From NCBI GenBank assembly GCA_963663405.2, contig CAXXSM010000043.1:1-22264 (forward strand): a stretch of 22,264 nucleotides of DNA. The letters are read 5' to 3'. The translations under genes and the position numbers were made by a program. Every line of letters begins with the position of its first letter. Positions within the stretch are counted from its first letter, which is position 1. Below the pieces are notes generated by a model. It saw only the letters and a list, made by a program, of their open reading frames with translations. It was not told the origin of the DNA and did not search any database. Shown here in pieces: positions 7,654 through 17,960 of this stretch. This DNA is from a bacterium. GTDB taxonomy: Bacteria; Hinthialibacterota; Hinthialibacteria; Hinthialibacterales; Hinthialibacteraceae.

Positions 7654-9585
7654 TCATTGGCTCAATTTTGGCGCGTAGATATCCAGGCCTTTTTGGTAGT
7701 GGATGGGGGCTTTGGCGCGGATGGGTTTGAGGCGGGGGGCGGCGTTGTTGCGGATTGGGTGGACGCGGAAGAGGTAGGTGTGGCCGAATTCGGGTCCGTT
7801 GATGAATTGGGGATTCAATAATTTTTGCCCCAGTTTCCATTCATAATAATCTGCGGGGGCTCCGGTTCTACCTAGATATGTGGATGGGCCTCCATCTATA
7901 GAGACGTAGAGGTGAAAATCATCGGCTCTGATTGTTCCGGCGTTCCATCGAAGGGCGATTGAACGGGCGTTCTCTAGATCCGAGTCCACTGATCCGGAAA
8001 GATCGCGGGTCGTTTTGAGGTTGTCCGTTACGATCAAGGTGTTTTCCGGCAATTCAACCGGCTCCGGTTTCGCCGATTCGGGCAGGGGGGCGAATCGGTT
8101 TCCCCATTGCGCCGCTGGGATGATTACGCCTGATCCTTCGATATAGATGAGTAGATTCTCTACACCATCCTCCCGTTCGCGAAGGCGTTTTTCGTATTCA
8201 CTGTAAGGGACGTAGAACAGATTTCCGCAACGCAGTTTTTTGTTGAGAATCTGGAGGAGCGAACGGCAGCTGAGGGAATTGGGATCGTCCGGTCCAATCC
8301 ACCAGATTTTGTGAAATTCCATATTTCGTGGGATTGTTTCCATCACCCGTTGGCGCAAAGAGCGGAACAACGCTGAATGGCGGATGTAATCGTTCCAAGA
8401 AGGGGTGAACCAGTGGGTCATTAGGAAGAGGACAAGCGCGGCCGCCGCGAAGGATTGGAGCGTCCAGCGGGTGATGACGCTCCATCGAAATTTACGGGCG
8501 CGCAGCCATTGAAAAGCGTCTTCGAAAATCGATCCGGTCAACGCGCAGAAGGGGGCGCAGGCGAGATACACATAGCGGGACGCCATGTAATCCGACCATA
8601 CGGAGACGGGCAGCAGGGCGAGAACAATCCAACCAATCCAGAAGCGGTATTCGCGTTTTCCCCAATATCCGATAGCGCAGAAGCCTGCCAAGGCGGCGAG
8701 TCCGAAACCGGTGTCGAATAGGGGATGGGTGCGCCAGAACAGAACTTCGCGGATGGTTCCATGAAAGGGAAAGAGCGCGCCGGAGAAGGGATTAAGCAGG
8801 CGTGTTAGATACCGCAGCAGCGTTTCCGCCATTGCGGGGAATGAGAAGGAGAACGCGGGTAGAATCCCGCTGTGGCGTGTGACGTTGGTGAGTGTGAATG
8901 CAATGTACGCGATCGAGGCTACCGCGAGGGTGGCGTAGAACCATCCACGGCGGCGCAGCGTTTCATGCCATGTGTTCTTTTTGATCCCCCATCGATCAAG
9001 GAGGAATAAGACCGGCGCGGCGCCGATTGCGATCTCTTTCGTCATGAGAGCCAAGGCGCAGAATACGAGAGACGCCGCCAGGGGGCCTATGGAGCCGCGT
9101 TGTAAATGGCGCTGGAATGTGATGAGCGCGCAGAGAATCCACGTCAGCGTTAATAGATCGGACATCGCAGCGATCCAGGCCACCGCTTGCCAGGGCGCCG
9201 GGTGCAGAGCGAAAAGAAGCGCCGCCCAAACGCCCGATCGTTCCTGGTTGCGTTCGCGGAGGAATGTACACAACAAGCAGGCGTTCAGCGCATGAAGCGT
9301 TAGCGAGACAAGATGATAGAAGAAAGCGTTCAGCCCAAAGAGCCAATAGAGGATAGAAAGGAGAAACGTGAACGCAGGGCGCCAAAATCCATTGCCCCAG
9401 ACTTCGAAAGATCGAGTCAGGACGGAATAGAACGAGCCTTCCTGGATGGTTAAATGGGCGGCGTGCAGCTGAACCCAATCCCCCGCGACGAAGTAGACGC
9501 CCAAACAAGAAGACGCGGCGGCGCCGCCGGCGCAGGTGATGAGTATGTATTTTTTTAGTTTATGAAAATGTGGTGTTTGGTTCAA
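7654..9585 (-). CDS. GT-C superfamily (PMT/ArnT/TMTC-like) integral membrane glycosyltransferase with C-terminal soluble domain
   Basis: GDW near the N-terminus, FWRP, YHLVSLTLHALN, ALLFALHP..QAVAWIA, ALMTKE, SRYVYL. About 11 hydrophobic segments. The TTG start is uncertain. Confidence 0.8.
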   Translation of the reverse strand: MNQTPHFHKLKKYILITCAGGAAASSCLGVYFVAGDWVQLHAAHLTIQEGSFYSVLTRSFEVWGNGFWRPAFTFLLSILYWLFGLNAFFYHLVSLTLHALNACLLCTFLRERNQERSGVWAALLFALHPAPWQAVAWIAAMSDLLTLTWILCALITFQRHLQRGSIGPLAASLVFCALALMTKEIAIGAAPVLFLLDRWGIKKNTWHETLRRRGWFYATLAVASIAYIAFTLTNVTRHSGILPAFSFSFPAMAETLLRYLTRLLNPFSGALFPFHGTIREVLFWRTHPLFDTGFGLAALAGFCAIGYWGKREYRFWIGWIVLALLPVSVWSDYMASRYVYLACAPFCALTGSIFEDAFQWLRARKFRWSVITRWTLQSFAAAALVLFLMTHWFTPSWNDYIRHSALFRSLRQRVMETIPRNMEFHKIWWIGPDDPNSLSCRSLLQILNKKLRCGNLFYVPYSEYEKRLREREDGVENLLIYIEGSGVIIPAAQWGNRFAPLPESAKPEPVELPENTLIVTDNLKTTRDLSGSVDSDLENARSIALRWNAGTIRADDFHLYVSIDGGPSTYLGRTGAPADYYEWKLGQKLLNPQFINGPEFGHTYLFRVHPIRNNAAPRLKPIRAKAPIHYQKGLDIYAPKLSQ

Positions 9586-9613
9586 TTTGGGATGCTCTAT
9601 GTCGCTGCGCTTA

Positions 9614-10372
9614 CTATGTGGTTTGAATCGTCAGTTCTCCACGAAACGTTTGATTATCAGAAGAAATTAGGAATATATAAGCGTATCCACCTCCACCCCA
9701 TGTCGCATCTTCGCAGAGAGACCAATCAAGTTGGGCAATAAAGTAAAGACGTTCATTATCTTTGGTTCCCGGTGGTTCTGGTTCTTGAACCCATGATGGC
9801 CATCCGCCCAATTTCCTTTTCGTGATATGAATAACACCGGGATAAAAGTTCTCGTCTAAGTCATCCTCCAATTGTGGGTAATCGTCGGGAACGTTTAGAA
9901 ACATATTCATTGTATCTTCATATCCCGGCGCATCCATTACATCACGGAATGTGACCATGTGTGGATCAATCACCACTTCTGCGATTGTTCCCAAACCGTC
10001 GGATTGTTTGGCGCTAACGTTTGTCAGGACAGAAATATCATAACCGGATGTGGCGCCAAGGGAACAGTTCCATCCCCATGACATTTTACCTTCATAGGAG
10101 CATTGCTGACAGTAGTGAAACGAGATAAGAGAATCGCTCTGTGATTCAAAACCGGGCGCATCCGATAAGCGGAATTGCGTCATGAAAGACATTCGATGAC
10201 CTTGAGCGCACTTGGGACGTGGAACATCGGCGGGCCACCACGGAACGCCGGAGATTTTCGTGATAGGTTCACATCCGGAATCACCTGGAGTTACAATCAT
10301 CTCTCGCGCTGGTCTTTGATGTTCGAGTAATGTTTTGCGGAAATATTCGGATGATATCGAGTTTGGTTTCAT
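9614..10372 (-). CDS. DUF1963 / YwqG-like protein
   Basis: TKISGVPWWP, MSFMTQFRLSD, KLGGWPSWVQ, FIAQLD, WGGGGYAYIF and C-terminal QTT match the recalled DUF1963 pattern. Confidence 0.75.
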   Translation of the reverse strand: MKPNSISSEYFRKTLLEHQRPAREMIVTPGDSGCEPITKISGVPWWPADVPRPKCAQGHRMSFMTQFRLSDAPGFESQSDSLISFHYCQQCSYEGKMSWGWNCSLGATSGYDISVLTNVSAKQSDGLGTIAEVVIDPHMVTFRDVMDAPGYEDTMNMFLNVPDDYPQLEDDLDENFYPGVIHITKRKLGGWPSWVQEPEPPGTKDNERLYFIAQLDWSLCEDATWGGGGYAYIFLISSDNQTFRGELTIQTT

Positions 10373-10383
10373 TTGTGATCTCT

Positions 10384-12489
10384 CTATTCTTGTATAAACA
10401 ATTCCCGAAACTGTTCTCTTTCCTTTACTAAAGGCGCTATGTCTTCTTGCAGGAGATAGCCTTGGTTGACCATTTCTTTTGCGCAGGCTTTGTATTTTTC
10501 TACATAGTCTTGGAAACTGGTGTAGCGTTCTTCGATGGAAGGGCGGGGATCGCCTAGGCGTTGGCGTTCTTTTTTTGTTTTTGGGAAGGGGATGTAGGAG
10601 CCGTTCATGCTGACTAGCTCATTGTCCGCTCCGGCTTGGGGATTGCGGAGGTTCCAGCCGGTGAATGTGGCTAGGGGGATTTCGAGGTCGGGGAGGCGGA
10701 TGCCTCCGATGGGATTGCCGTCCCGATCGCAGCGGGGGACATAGGTGTTGTAATGGCTTAGTTCGGTAGGGGGGGCGATGGTTATGTTTTTTTCTTGTTC
10801 AAAATGCGGCCCGTAATCGCATAGGGCGGATTGTTGGATGACTTCGGGATAGCGGACGCCGGGGATATAGGGGAAGCCGGTGGAGTCCTGCGAATAGCTG
10901 GCTAATGTGTTATTGGAAAAACGGGGATAGACGCTGGGAGGCGGCGCGCCTTCCCCGCGTACCCATTTGTTGAGTCCAGCGAGCAGGGCTTTCAGCAGGG
11001 GCGCGTAATTGGCTGGATTGTTCAGTTGCTGTCCGGTGGAGCGGCGCGCTGGATAATTGCTGGGTGAATGAGAGGTTCCCAGAAGCGCATAGAATCGAAC
11101 GGTTTCGGGGATTACCGCATCGACGTTTCCTCCTGGATGGGTGTGGGAGAGGGAGGCTCCACGGGTCCAATAATCGGCGGATGTGTTGACGTTCATGATG
11201 TATGGGACTGCGCCGGTTTCGAAAGCGCGGCGGAGAATCCCATCGGTTTTGCCTGTCAGTGGATCGGTGGTTACCGCGTAGGTGAATGGGAACCTGTCGA
11301 TGGGATAGAGATGGCCGTCATGTTGGAAATTGGTGCGCGTGGGTTGGGCGAACCGGGCGTTGAAGAATCCACGGCCCGCGCCCGCGACGTGGGGAATCAG
11401 GCCATCAAAGACGATTCGTCCATTTTCATCGGCGTTGAAGCCTTGATACAAGAAATCCCGCAGGAAGCGTCCGCTTTGGGAGACACCGAAACCGAGAGTG
11501 TAGCGGATGGATGTGGATGATTCGGCATCGTAGAGAGGATTGCGCGCGTTCGTCTCATGTTGAAGATAGGAGATTAAGTCTCGAACGGCCGCAAAACCCA
11601 GGCCCATAACGACTGGATTTTTCGCTTCATAGATTAATTCATATAGATATCCCGGCCTGAATCCGCAGGGAAGACGCAAGGCGACTTGGGGCAGCGAGGT
11701 CCATTCGGGATCTTCTTCCGGGAAGGCTTTCGTGATGATGTCCCATTGCGATCGAGGGATGGGGATTCGTGGATCTTTTTCCGCTCTCCGCCATGTGAGA
11801 GTGGCGTTCTTCAAGCCTGACTCAGTGGGAGGATACGCGCCATGAAGATCGAGGGCGGTGGATGGCCAGGAAATCGATAGAGTATCGAGTATTTCATTTT
11901 CTGGAACGGAGTTGGTGAATAGTTCTGCCTGTACGATCCCCGTAATTGGCTCTCCATTGTCGCTGGCGACGGGCGCGAGCAGTCGCAATCGGTCTTTGGC
12001 GGGCAGTAATTCTCCATCCCATCCACTCCAAACGAGTGTGTAGCCCTCGCGGAATAAATAGCCGTCGCCGCTGTCTTCGACGGTTTGTGGATCGTTTTTC
12101 ATGGGAGCGCTGCTGAAGAAGCGGAGGGCTAGTTTATTGCCCCGATTGTTGACGTCGTAGAGAATGGCTCCATTTCCCTTGGATAGATCGGTGGGTTTGA
12201 GAATAAAGAGATCGGCTTTGTAGTGAACGTATCCATCCGGACCGCGATCCGCTTTGTCCAGATCGATAATACCTGTGTTTGCGGGCAGTTCTGGATCTAC
12301 TGTGTAGAAAATCGTTCCAACGAGTTTTTCGTAGGAGCCGGTTTTTCCAAATTGATGGCCATCGGCGAAGATCTCACGCGATGTGATGTCAATATGTTCT
12401 ACTTTCGCAATGGTCTGAAACGGGAGGAACGCGTATAGAAATACGATTAATGAGAGCCGGAAAATGTTTCTTTTCGTCCATTTAATCAT
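10384..12489 (-). CDS. Secreted alpha/beta hydrolase domain protein (tannase-related, Abhydrolase_10-like)
   Basis: Signal peptide; NNRGNK, WSGWDGE, GLGFAAVRD, nucleophile elbow GVSQSGRFLR, DGNPIGGIRLP, TGWNLR, GDPRPSIEERY. Confidence 0.8.
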   Translation of the reverse strand: MIKWTKRNIFRLSLIVFLYAFLPFQTIAKVEHIDITSREIFADGHQFGKTGSYEKLVGTIFYTVDPELPANTGIIDLDKADRGPDGYVHYKADLFILKPTDLSKGNGAILYDVNNRGNKLALRFFSSAPMKNDPQTVEDSGDGYLFREGYTLVWSGWDGELLPAKDRLRLLAPVASDNGEPITGIVQAELFTNSVPENEILDTLSISWPSTALDLHGAYPPTESGLKNATLTWRRAEKDPRIPIPRSQWDIITKAFPEEDPEWTSLPQVALRLPCGFRPGYLYELIYEAKNPVVMGLGFAAVRDLISYLQHETNARNPLYDAESSTSIRYTLGFGVSQSGRFLRDFLYQGFNADENGRIVFDGLIPHVAGAGRGFFNARFAQPTRTNFQHDGHLYPIDRFPFTYAVTTDPLTGKTDGILRRAFETGAVPYIMNVNTSADYWTRGASLSHTHPGGNVDAVIPETVRFYALLGTSHSPSNYPARRSTGQQLNNPANYAPLLKALLAGLNKWVRGEGAPPPSVYPRFSNNTLASYSQDSTGFPYIPGVRYPEVIQQSALCDYGPHFEQEKNITIAPPTELSHYNTYVPRCDRDGNPIGGIRLPDLEIPLATFTGWNLRNPQAGADNELVSMNGSYIPFPKTKKERQRLGDPRPSIEERYTSFQDYVEKYKACAKEMVNQGYLLQEDIAPLVKEREQFRELFIQE

Positions 12490-12653
12490 GGTTTTGCCCT
12501 TCTGATTCTTTTTCTTGATCTTCTCATGTTGGAGAGTGGGCTGTCAAGGAACGGTTGTTATGATCTGTGGGCTATTGTTTTGGCTTATTCGAGAAGTGAG
12601 TACGTGTAGTTAGAGATTTTTTTTCGTACAAGATTGTGAAACCGATTTTGACG

Positions 12654-12699
12654 CCCAGGGTTGAAACCCTGGTCTATTCTAAAATGTCCCTACGGGACA
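12654..12699. repeat. REP-like double hairpin in intergenic region
   Basis: CCAGGGTT-GA-AACCCTGG (12655-12672) and TGTCCC-TAC-GGGACA (12685-12699). Only one copy in the window. Confidence 0.55.
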
Positions 12700-13005
12700 G
12701 AAAGATTAGTCTTGTTTTTTAGTCTTGAAATGTGAAGAACGGATTTAATAGACGCTTCTCTTATTTATATACTCACCAGAAGTAAGATTTTAATAGTGAT
12801 CGTACTTACGAATTGATTTTGTGTTCTTGTTTTTGATGACCTCGAATTCTTGGCTTTTTGCTATTTCGATCTATAATTTTTGTTTCTAAATGTTAGAAGA
12901 GAGAATGGTTTGATTTGGAATAAGCCTTCCTGCTGTTGTTCTAACAAGCCGATAATGGATCGCGGATCAATGCGGTCACTCCATCATAAACCGAAAGGAT
13001 TTATC

Positions 13006-15807
13006 ATGACCTTGATTAGAAACCACGCTCGTATGGCTCTTTGTTTGTTATTCATTCAAAGCCTGTTCGTATTGAATCTATCCACCGTTCATGCGTCTTC
13101 CATCCCTCTGCCGGAACATCCGAGGCCGGATTTTCAAAGGGCGGACTGGATGAATTTGAATGGGACTTGGCAGTTCTGTTTTGATTCTAAAGATGTGGGA
13201 ATTGCGGAAAAATGGGTTGAGAAAGCCGAATCGTTTGAGCAGGAAATCCTGGTTCCGTTTCCGTGGGGATCGAAACTTTCCGGAATCGAGGACAAGGGTG
13301 ATATCGGATGGTATACCCGTACTGTGACTCCACCCGCGTCTTGGAAGGGAAAACGGATCTTTCTCGTGATTGGGGCGTGTGATTGGCGGACCACCGCTTG
13401 GCTGGATGGGCATGAATTGGGAACGTATCAAGGTGGATACACGCCCTTTGAGTTTGAACTCACACCGTATATCCAACCTGGAATTGAATCCCGGCTCGTT
13501 CTCCGTGTGGATGACACAGAGCATCCTTTTAAACTGAACGGAAAGCAGGGATACGGTCCGGCGCGGGGAATCTGGCAGACTCCATACTTGGAAGCGCGAG
13601 GGAAAACACCGCTGGCGGGGATTCAATTCTCGCCGGATATCGATGAAGAGAAAGTGCTCGTTTGCGGTGAACTCATGGAACCGGCGCCTGCGGAATTGAG
13701 TTTCAATGTGGAAATCACCGCTGGTCAGAGCGTCAGCCAAACCATTTCCCGTGGTGAGAAAAAAATTGAATTTGAAATCCCCATCCCTCAACCGCGTCTT
13801 TGGTCGTTGGAAGATCCGTTTCTTTATGAAACAACAGTGAAAATAATAAGACCTGATGGGAGCGAGGACTGTGTCAATACTTATTTCGGTATGCGGAAAA
13901 TCAGCGTTGTGAATCTTCCTGGAACAGAGATTCCTTATGTCGCTCTGAACAACAAACCGCTCTATCTCGAAATGACGTTGGATCAGGCCTATCATCCCGA
14001 TGGATTTTACACATTTCCCAGCGATGAATTCATGCGTGATGAAATTCTGCGTTCCCGGCGCATTGGACTGAACGCCATGCGTGTCCATGTCAAAACGCCT
14101 ATCCCCCGTAAACTTTATTGGGCGGACAAACTAGGGATGTTGATCATGGCGGATGTGCCGAACAGCTGGGGCGAGCCGGACGCGGACATGCGGAAAGAAG
14201 CGGAAACCGCCCTGCGGGGAATGATCCGCCGTGATTTCAATCATCCCGCGATTTTTTCTTGGGTCATCTTCAATGAGACATGGGGATTGAAATCGGGTAA
14301 GAAGGGAATCTATCTGCCTGAAACGCAGAAGTGGGTTCTTTCTATGTATACGCTAGCCAAATCTCTCGATCCCACGCGGTTGGTGGAAGACAATTCGCCT
14401 TGTCTTAACGACCATGTGGAGACTGATTTGAACACATGGCACTCCTATCTGCCTGGCTATGAATGGACTCGATATTTGGATAACGCCGTTAAAAATACGT
14501 ATCCTGGTTCGGAATGGAATTTCGCTAAAGGATACAAGCAGTCCAACCAACCGATGATGAACAGCGAATGCGGCAACGTATGGGGGTATGAAGGAAGCGC
14601 GGGGGATGTGGATTGGAGCTGGGACTATCACCTCATGATGAACGCCTTCCGGCGAAGGCCGGAAATCTCGGGTTGGCTGTATACCGAACATCATGATGTG
14701 ATCAACGAATGGAACGGCTATTACCGGTTTGACCGCTCCGAAAAATATACGGGAATGCCGGAATTGGCCGATGGAATGACACTGAACGATTTGCATGGAG
14801 ATTGTTATATCGCGCTTAGTGATGCGCTCTGTCAAACCGTTGATCCAAGAGCGGAGATTCATGTTCCCGTCTATGCGTCTTTTTTCACGGATAAACCGAT
14901 GGGGGATTCGCTGATCCTGCGCTGGGAACTTTATGGGTGGGATACTCTCGGACAACGTGAAACATACACTGCGTCTTCCCGGCGGATTCCCTATGCGCCT
15001 TGGATGAACAAAGAACTTGAACCTTTGATAATAAAAATGCCGGATGAATCTTCGTTGGCGGTTCTACGCATCGCGTTGGAAACCGAAGCGGGAACGGTTC
15101 TTCATCGGAATTTTACAACATTCCTCGTCGCTCAAGGACCGGCTCCGCGTGACCAGATCATCAACGACAATGGCAAGAAAAAACGAATTATCCGGATCGC
15201 TCCCGATCAATTCTCGAAAGCGGAATGGTCCCAAAAACAATGGAATGTATTGGATGGTCTAAAAGTGAATGGCGCGGGTACTGGATTTTTTGAATATCGG
15301 ATTCCATGGCCGGAAGACCTTTCGGTAGGCGATATCGCCGACGCGGCGTTCCTTGTAGAAGCGTCCGCTAAGCAGCTGTTTGGGAAAGACCGGGAAGGCG
15401 CGGAGCGGTTGGAAGGTGACTTTATGCGGGGTAGAGGAACTCATGATCCCAGCCTGAATCGGAACGCGTATCCCATGACGGATACGATTTGCACACCCAG
15501 CGCGGTCCGCGCGCTTGTATCAGGGCAGACCGTGGGCGTGTTTGATCTTCCCGACGATCCAGCCGATCATCGCGGGATTCTCTCTTGGCATTCGCAGAAA
15601 CGGGACCGGTTTTTACGGGAAGCCGGTTCGTATGGTTATTTGATCTCTGTCACGATTCCGAAAGAGGCGTTGGAACGGGCGGTTGCTGCGAAAGAGATTG
15701 TGATTCGTTTGGAAGCAGATAAAGCGATGCCTGGTGGATTGGCGATTTATGGGGAACGGTTTGGACGTTATCCTATTGATCCTACAGTTGTTTTTGTTAT
15801 GAAATGA
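13006..15807 (+). CDS. Glycoside hydrolase family 2 (beta-galactosidase/glucuronidase-like), secreted
   Basis: RBS AAAGGA before ATG 13006; signal peptide; PEHPRP, WMNLNGTWQF, GGYTPFEF, GIWQTPYLE, FGMRKI, acid/base WVIFNETWG, probable nucleophile NSECG. Confidence 0.9.
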   Translation: MTLIRNHARMALCLLFIQSLFVLNLSTVHASSIPLPEHPRPDFQRADWMNLNGTWQFCFDSKDVGIAEKWVEKAESFEQEILVPFPWGSKLSGIEDKGDIGWYTRTVTPPASWKGKRIFLVIGACDWRTTAWLDGHELGTYQGGYTPFEFELTPYIQPGIESRLVLRVDDTEHPFKLNGKQGYGPARGIWQTPYLEARGKTPLAGIQFSPDIDEEKVLVCGELMEPAPAELSFNVEITAGQSVSQTISRGEKKIEFEIPIPQPRLWSLEDPFLYETTVKIIRPDGSEDCVNTYFGMRKISVVNLPGTEIPYVALNNKPLYLEMTLDQAYHPDGFYTFPSDEFMRDEILRSRRIGLNAMRVHVKTPIPRKLYWADKLGMLIMADVPNSWGEPDADMRKEAETALRGMIRRDFNHPAIFSWVIFNETWGLKSGKKGIYLPETQKWVLSMYTLAKSLDPTRLVEDNSPCLNDHVETDLNTWHSYLPGYEWTRYLDNAVKNTYPGSEWNFAKGYKQSNQPMMNSECGNVWGYEGSAGDVDWSWDYHLMMNAFRRRPEISGWLYTEHHDVINEWNGYYRFDRSEKYTGMPELADGMTLNDLHGDCYIALSDALCQTVDPRAEIHVPVYASFFTDKPMGDSLILRWELYGWDTLGQRETYTASSRRIPYAPWMNKELEPLIIKMPDESSLAVLRIALETEAGTVLHRNFTTFLVAQGPAPRDQIINDNGKKKRIIRIAPDQFSKAEWSQKQWNVLDGLKVNGAGTGFFEYRIPWPEDLSVGDIADAAFLVEASAKQLFGKDREGAERLEGDFMRGRGTHDPSLNRNAYPMTDTICTPSAVRALVSGQTVGVFDLPDDPADHRGILSWHSQKRDRFLREAGSYGYLISVTIPKEALERAVAAKEIVIRLEADKAMPGGLAIYGERFGRYPIDPTVVFVMK

Positions 15808-15818
15808 TTATTTTTGAT

Positions 15819-16613
15819 TTAAGAAGAAACTTTCGCCAGTAACGCTTCCGCGTTCAATCCGCATATTTTATCCACTTCCTCCTGTATAAATGGCAGGCTT
15901 TGAATCCGCTCGAGCTGCTCTTGTTGATCCGCCCAAGGCGTATCTGTGCCGTAGAGGATTTTGTCTACGCCATGCGCGCGGACGATCTCAATAAAATCTT
16001 CGTTCGGCAGTTCCGTGAATACGTACGAGGTATCGAGATAGACATCCAAGCCGCAAAGATGTTCCCGCACTTCGTCCCATTGACGGAAACCTCCCATATG
16101 GGCAAGGATCATGGTTAGATCGGGAAACCGTTCCGCCAGCTGGATGAACATCTTTGGATCGCTTCGCAGAGTGGGAAACTCGATGTCGTATCCGGCATGA
16201 AACAAGACGATCATATTTTCTTCGATCAACGTCTCATAGAGGGGAAAGAGATGTGGATCGGTTGGTTCTAATGAGTGATATTCCGGATGGATTTTGACGC
16301 CTGGAAAACCCGCGCTGGATAGGTTTCTGATTAATCCAGGCAGGTCTTCATATTCCGGGTGGATTGCGCCGAAGGAGACAATGGATTCCGAACGGACGCT
16401 CTCCATCCAGCGATTGATGGAATCAACTTGTTTCGCTTTCGTCGCTACGGGTTGGATCCATGATACATTGATCCCCGCTGTTTTCATGGAATCTTCCAGG
16501 CTGCATAAACGGCCGTCAAGCGCTTCCACAATTCCTGCGTTTTTGGCCATGACAGGCACCGCTTTGAGCGCGAGTTCATCCGGGAAGATATGGGCGTGAA
16601 CGTCAATAATCAT
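15819..16613 (-). CDS. Amidohydrolase family (Amidohydro_2, TIM-barrel metal-dependent hydrolase)
   Basis: IIDVHAH, GVKIHP, LFHAG, ILAHMGG, YLDTS, ILYGTDTPW, NAEALL. Confidence 0.9.
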   Translation of the reverse strand: MIIDVHAHIFPDELALKAVPVMAKNAGIVEALDGRLCSLEDSMKTAGINVSWIQPVATKAKQVDSINRWMESVRSESIVSFGAIHPEYEDLPGLIRNLSSAGFPGVKIHPEYHSLEPTDPHLFPLYETLIEENMIVLFHAGYDIEFPTLRSDPKMFIQLAERFPDLTMILAHMGGFRQWDEVREHLCGLDVYLDTSYVFTELPNEDFIEIVRAHGVDKILYGTDTPWADQQEQLERIQSLPFIQEEVDKICGLNAEALLAKVSS

Positions 16614-16660
16614 CCTCTTTTTTTATCCCTTCTTTGCGATGTGCGTTTTCATGATTTTCG

Positions 16661-17929
16661 CTATTCGTTTCGAAAAACGTGAATGACACCGGCGGTTGTG
16701 CTGGCAAACAAGCCTTCATTGGCCACGGCGAGACCGTAGGCCCGCTCGACAACCGGCGCGGTCCAGATCCGTTCGCCATCAGCGGCGCTGTACGCGGCGA
16801 TTTCTGAGTCTCCCCCTGCGAAAAGAATCTCACCCGCTTTGATGAGCGCGAATGGATGGGCGCTAGGAACGTTCCACAGGATTTTTCGTTCGTTTCGATC
16901 CATCGCGATCAACCGATCGTCCATCAGAACGTAAGCGGTGTCTTGAGAGACAAGCATCCGCCGCGCGTTTTGAATCGTGGCGAAGGAATCCCGTGTTTGC
17001 GCATTGCTGTCCGTGATCCAGCCGGTTTTGTTGCCGGGCCCATGATAGACGTGTTCGTCCTGTGTCAGTAGAACAAACACGCCGCCGCCTCCTCCGAGTG
17101 TCCCCTCGTTCCGGCCGGCCGCTCGATCGAACACCATCGGCGCGCGGCGGCCTTGGGGGACGTAGAGTTTTGTTTTGGAAGCGAGCAGCGCTCCTTCCAT
17201 TGTGACCTGATTTTGTGTGACAGTATATAGCCCGGCGCCTTCAATCTTACCTGTGTTTGCGTCCACGGCGCATAAATACGATTCTTCCCAGGGCAGCATC
17301 GCGGCGGTGAAATAGGCGATCCCATCCTGTATTAGAACACTGGACCGGCAGGGCCAGAGATTGATGAATTTTCCATTGCTTGGGACGAGAGGTTTTTTCG
17401 GCGAGGGGGAGTGGCGCCAGATGAGTGAGCCGTTATTCGCATTCAGGCAATACGCATAGCCGTCGTCTGAACCAAAGTAGAGTTTATCCTCCCAATAAGT
17501 AGGCGCGATCCGGACCGCTCCATCTGTACAGTAGGACCATCTTTCTTCTCCTGTTACCGCATCGTAACAATAGACGGAATCGTCGGCTGTAGAACCAAAG
17601 TAGAGCGCATCGCCAACGATAATAGGGAAAAACACTGGATCGTAATTGCGCATGGATTGCAGGCCGTTGATGTTCGCATACGCGTCCCATTTGGCGGGGC
17701 CGTGCCAGGCGGTTTGGGGCGGTTGGGGAGAGTGGTAGGCCCATGTTTCTTTCAGCGTTAATGGATCGATCGCTTCTTGTGTCACGCCGCTGCGGTAATT
17801 GTCATGTTGGTATACCGGCCAATCTTCGGCTCTGGTTATGTGAGCGCATAGGATTATAAGGAGAAATAAGCCTGTGTGGTAAAGGCCGGTTGTATGGATT
17901 GAGATGTATGTTTCTTTATATACGTTCAT
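16661..17929 (-). CDS. Secreted PQQ-like (BamB-type repeat) beta-propeller protein
   Basis: RBS AGAGGA before ATG 17929; the ORF-track start at 18127 overlaps the upstream gene. Signal peptide, DWPVYQHDNYRSG, repeats YCYDAVTGEERW, YCLNANNGSLIW, AYSAADGERIW. Confidence 0.85.
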   Translation of the reverse strand: MNVYKETYISIHTTGLYHTGLFLLIILCAHITRAEDWPVYQHDNYRSGVTQEAIDPLTLKETWAYHSPQPPQTAWHGPAKWDAYANINGLQSMRNYDPVFFPIIVGDALYFGSTADDSVYCYDAVTGEERWSYCTDGAVRIAPTYWEDKLYFGSDDGYAYCLNANNGSLIWRHSPSPKKPLVPSNGKFINLWPCRSSVLIQDGIAYFTAAMLPWEESYLCAVDANTGKIEGAGLYTVTQNQVTMEGALLASKTKLYVPQGRRAPMVFDRAAGRNEGTLGGGGGVFVLLTQDEHVYHGPGNKTGWITDSNAQTRDSFATIQNARRMLVSQDTAYVLMDDRLIAMDRNERKILWNVPSAHPFALIKAGEILFAGGDSEIAAYSAADGERIWTAPVVERAYGLAVANEGLFASTTAGVIHVFRNE

Positions 17930-17960
17930 GATTGGTTTCCTCTTTGCGCGTTCTATGATG

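Noticed and set aside
12880-13005. TTG start or leader extension of GH2, or a riboswitch
   Set aside because: RBS and signal peptide support ATG 13006, and no recognisable riboswitch consensus was seen.
13078-14955. Long antisense ORFs (336 aa, 200 aa) opposite GH2
   Set aside because: They have no recognisable motifs and are typical antisense shadows of a well-supported gene.
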